Source of the DNA: Dehalococcoidales bacterium
Lineage (GTDB): Bacteria; Chloroflexota; Dehalococcoidia; Dehalococcoidales; BS750m-G39
Direction: 5' to 3'
Assembly (NCBI GenBank): GCA_034419075.1
Contig: DAOULR010000025.1
Coordinates: forward strand, 9,065 to 73,064
DNA: 64,000 nt
This document shows, one piece after another, positions 62,703-64,000 of this stretch (position 1 is the stretch's first letter; each line of letters starts with the position of its first letter). The notes under the pieces were generated by a model. That model worked only from the letters and a program-made list of their open reading frames with translations, was not told the origin of the DNA and did not search any database. The translations under genes and the position numbers were made by a program.

Positions 62703-63746
62703 TTGAAACGTAGCAACAAGATATTGATTCTATCGCTGCTGGGGGTCTGCTTGATAGCCGCCCTGTTCATCGCCAGCGCCTTCGGCGCTGTGTCTATCTC
62801 CATACCCGATATCGGCAAGATGGTGCTCAATAGGACGGCTATCTTCGATTTTACTACCACCTGGACGGCCGCCCAGGAAACTATAATCTTCCAGATAAGG
62901 CTGCCCCGGGTAATCGGCGGGGCGCTGGTGGGGATGGCGCTGGCCACGGCGGGGGTGCTCTTCCAGGGGCTTTTGCGTAACCCCATGGCCGACCCCTATA
63001 TCATCGGCACCTCGGCGGGGGCCGCGCTGGGGGCGACCATCGCCATGTTCCTGCCCGTAAGCCTGGCCTTTCTCGGTTTCGGGCTGGTACCGGTAGCCGC
63101 CTTCCTCGGCGCCATGGGCACGGTCTTCCTCGTCTATAACCTGGCGCGGGTGGGGGGCAAGACGCCCATTATCAGCATGCTGCTGGCGGGGGTAGTGGTC
63201 AGCTCGCTGATGGCGGCCATTATGGCGCTGCTGATAACGATAAGCGACCGCCTGCACCTGAGCCTGCACTCGGTCTATGCCTACCTGTTTGGGCACATCT
63301 CGGTAACGGGCTGGGAACAGCTGGCCGTTATCGCTCCGCTGATTATCGGCGGCGTTATCTTCGCCCGCTTCTTCGCCTTTCACCTCAACGCCATGTCGCT
63401 GGGGGAGGAGGGAGCGGCCTATGTCGGGGTGAACGTGGAGAGGGACAAGAGGGTTATCCTGGGCTTGGGCTCGTTACTCACCGCCGCCGCCGTTTCCATC
63501 AGCGGCCTGGTCGGCTTTGTCGGTCTGGTGGTGCCCCACGCCATGCGCTTAAGCTTCGGGCCCGACCACCGCCTGCTCCTGCCCGCGGCGGCGCTGGGCG
63601 GGGGCATCCTCGTTATTGTCGCCGACTTAGTCGCCCGCACCGTCATGTCTCCGGCCGAGATTCCGGTGGGGGTGATTACGGCTGTTATCGGCGCGCCCTT
63701 CTTCCTCTACCTGCTGCGGCGCACCAGGAAGGAGTACGCTTTCTGA
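62703..63746 (+). CDS. FecCD-family ABC permease (cobalamin/iron-siderophore importer, BtuC-like)
   Basis: 347 aa with about 9-10 TM. RLPRVIGGALVGMALATAGVLFQGLLRNPMADPYIIGTSAGAAL is the FecCD signature region. TTG start. Confidence 0.85.
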   Translation: MKRSNKILILSLLGVCLIAALFIASAFGAVSISIPDIGKMVLNRTAIFDFTTTWTAAQETIIFQIRLPRVIGGALVGMALATAGVLFQGLLRNPMADPYIIGTSAGAALGATIAMFLPVSLAFLGFGLVPVAAFLGAMGTVFLVYNLARVGGKTPIISMLLAGVVVSSLMAAIMALLITISDRLHLSLHSVYAYLFGHISVTGWEQLAVIAPLIIGGVIFARFFAFHLNAMSLGEEGAAYVGVNVERDKRVILGLGSLLTAAAVSISGLVGFVGLVVPHAMRLSFGPDHRLLLPAAALGGGILVIVADLVARTVMSPAEIPVGVITAVIGAPFFLYLLRRTRKEYAF

Positions 63747-64000
63747 TGATTGGACTGGAGATTAACCAGGTTGATTTTTCTTACTTCGACGGGCTGGTTT
63801 TGGAGGACATCAACCTTTCCGTCAGGGCGGGGGAGATGGTGGGGTTGCTGGGGCCTAATGGCTCAGGCAAGACCACCCTGATTAAGCTCGTCAGCGGTAT
63901 CTTAAAGCCCAAACGGGGGGAGGTCAGGCTGGACGGAGACTGTATAATCGACTTGAGCCGAAGGTTCATCGCCAGCAATGTGGCCGTGGTGCCGCAGCAG
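63746..64000 (+). CDS. ABC transporter ATP-binding protein (BtuD/FepC-like), N-terminal part
   Basis: ATGA overlap with the permease stop. Own translation MIGLEINQVDFSYFDGLVLEDINLSVRAGEMVGLLGPNGSGKTTL (Walker A). Runs off the window. Confidence 0.85.
   Translation, partial: MIGLEINQVDFSYFDGLVLEDINLSVRAGEMVGLLGPNGSGKTTLIKLVSGILKPKRGEVRLDGDCIIDLSRRFIASNVAVVPQQ

Overview
High-GC (about 60% in the lines I counted), gene-dense bacterial chromosome segment with strong GGAGG-type Shine-Dalgarno sites and many overlapping or coupled genes. I support about 70 CDS. I found no rRNA, tRNA, CRISPR array, transposase or integrase. The gene content and local synteny (rpmB divergent from yloV, remA-gmk, comEA-comEC, nfnAB) suggest a monoderm-like lineage, possibly Chloroflexota; this is a guess I cannot verify here.

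Housekeeping blocks:
- An arginine operon on the minus strand (argJ-argB-argD-unknown-argG-argH-rpe), plus mutS.
- nfnAB-type oxidoreductase, remA-gmk, and a PiT phosphate transporter with its DUF47 partner.
- APC permease-Usp-TrkA genes, then comEA-comEC.
- An ABC-2 exporter, rph, proB-unknown-proA, and mfd.
- yceD-rpmF-fabD-fabG-nusB-acpP.
- Three acyl-CoA dehydrogenases with a small AsnC-type protein, ispH-plsC, and a class I aldolase plus 1-phosphofructokinase-family kinase.
- A cobalamin riboswitch in front of a btuCD-like ABC importer.

Most interesting for a second look:
1. Three small low-GC islands:
   - A solitary AIPR-type abortive-infection gene at 48.8-50.5 kb.
   - A signal-less trypsin-like protease at 16.8-17.6 kb.
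   - A divergent pair at 10.3-11.3 kb that includes an internally duplicated Cys-rich protein.
2. An uncharacterised same-strand cluster at 32.3-38.4 kb: MBL hydrolase, radical SAM enzyme with CX4CX2C spacing, polytopic membrane protein and ABC-2 exporter.
3. Two families of structured intergenic repeats showing compensatory base changes.
4. Unknown ORFs embedded inside the arg and pro operons.

No multi-gene system of clearly novel type can be proven from sequence reading alone. All functional calls are from motif and family recognition by eye, not from searches.
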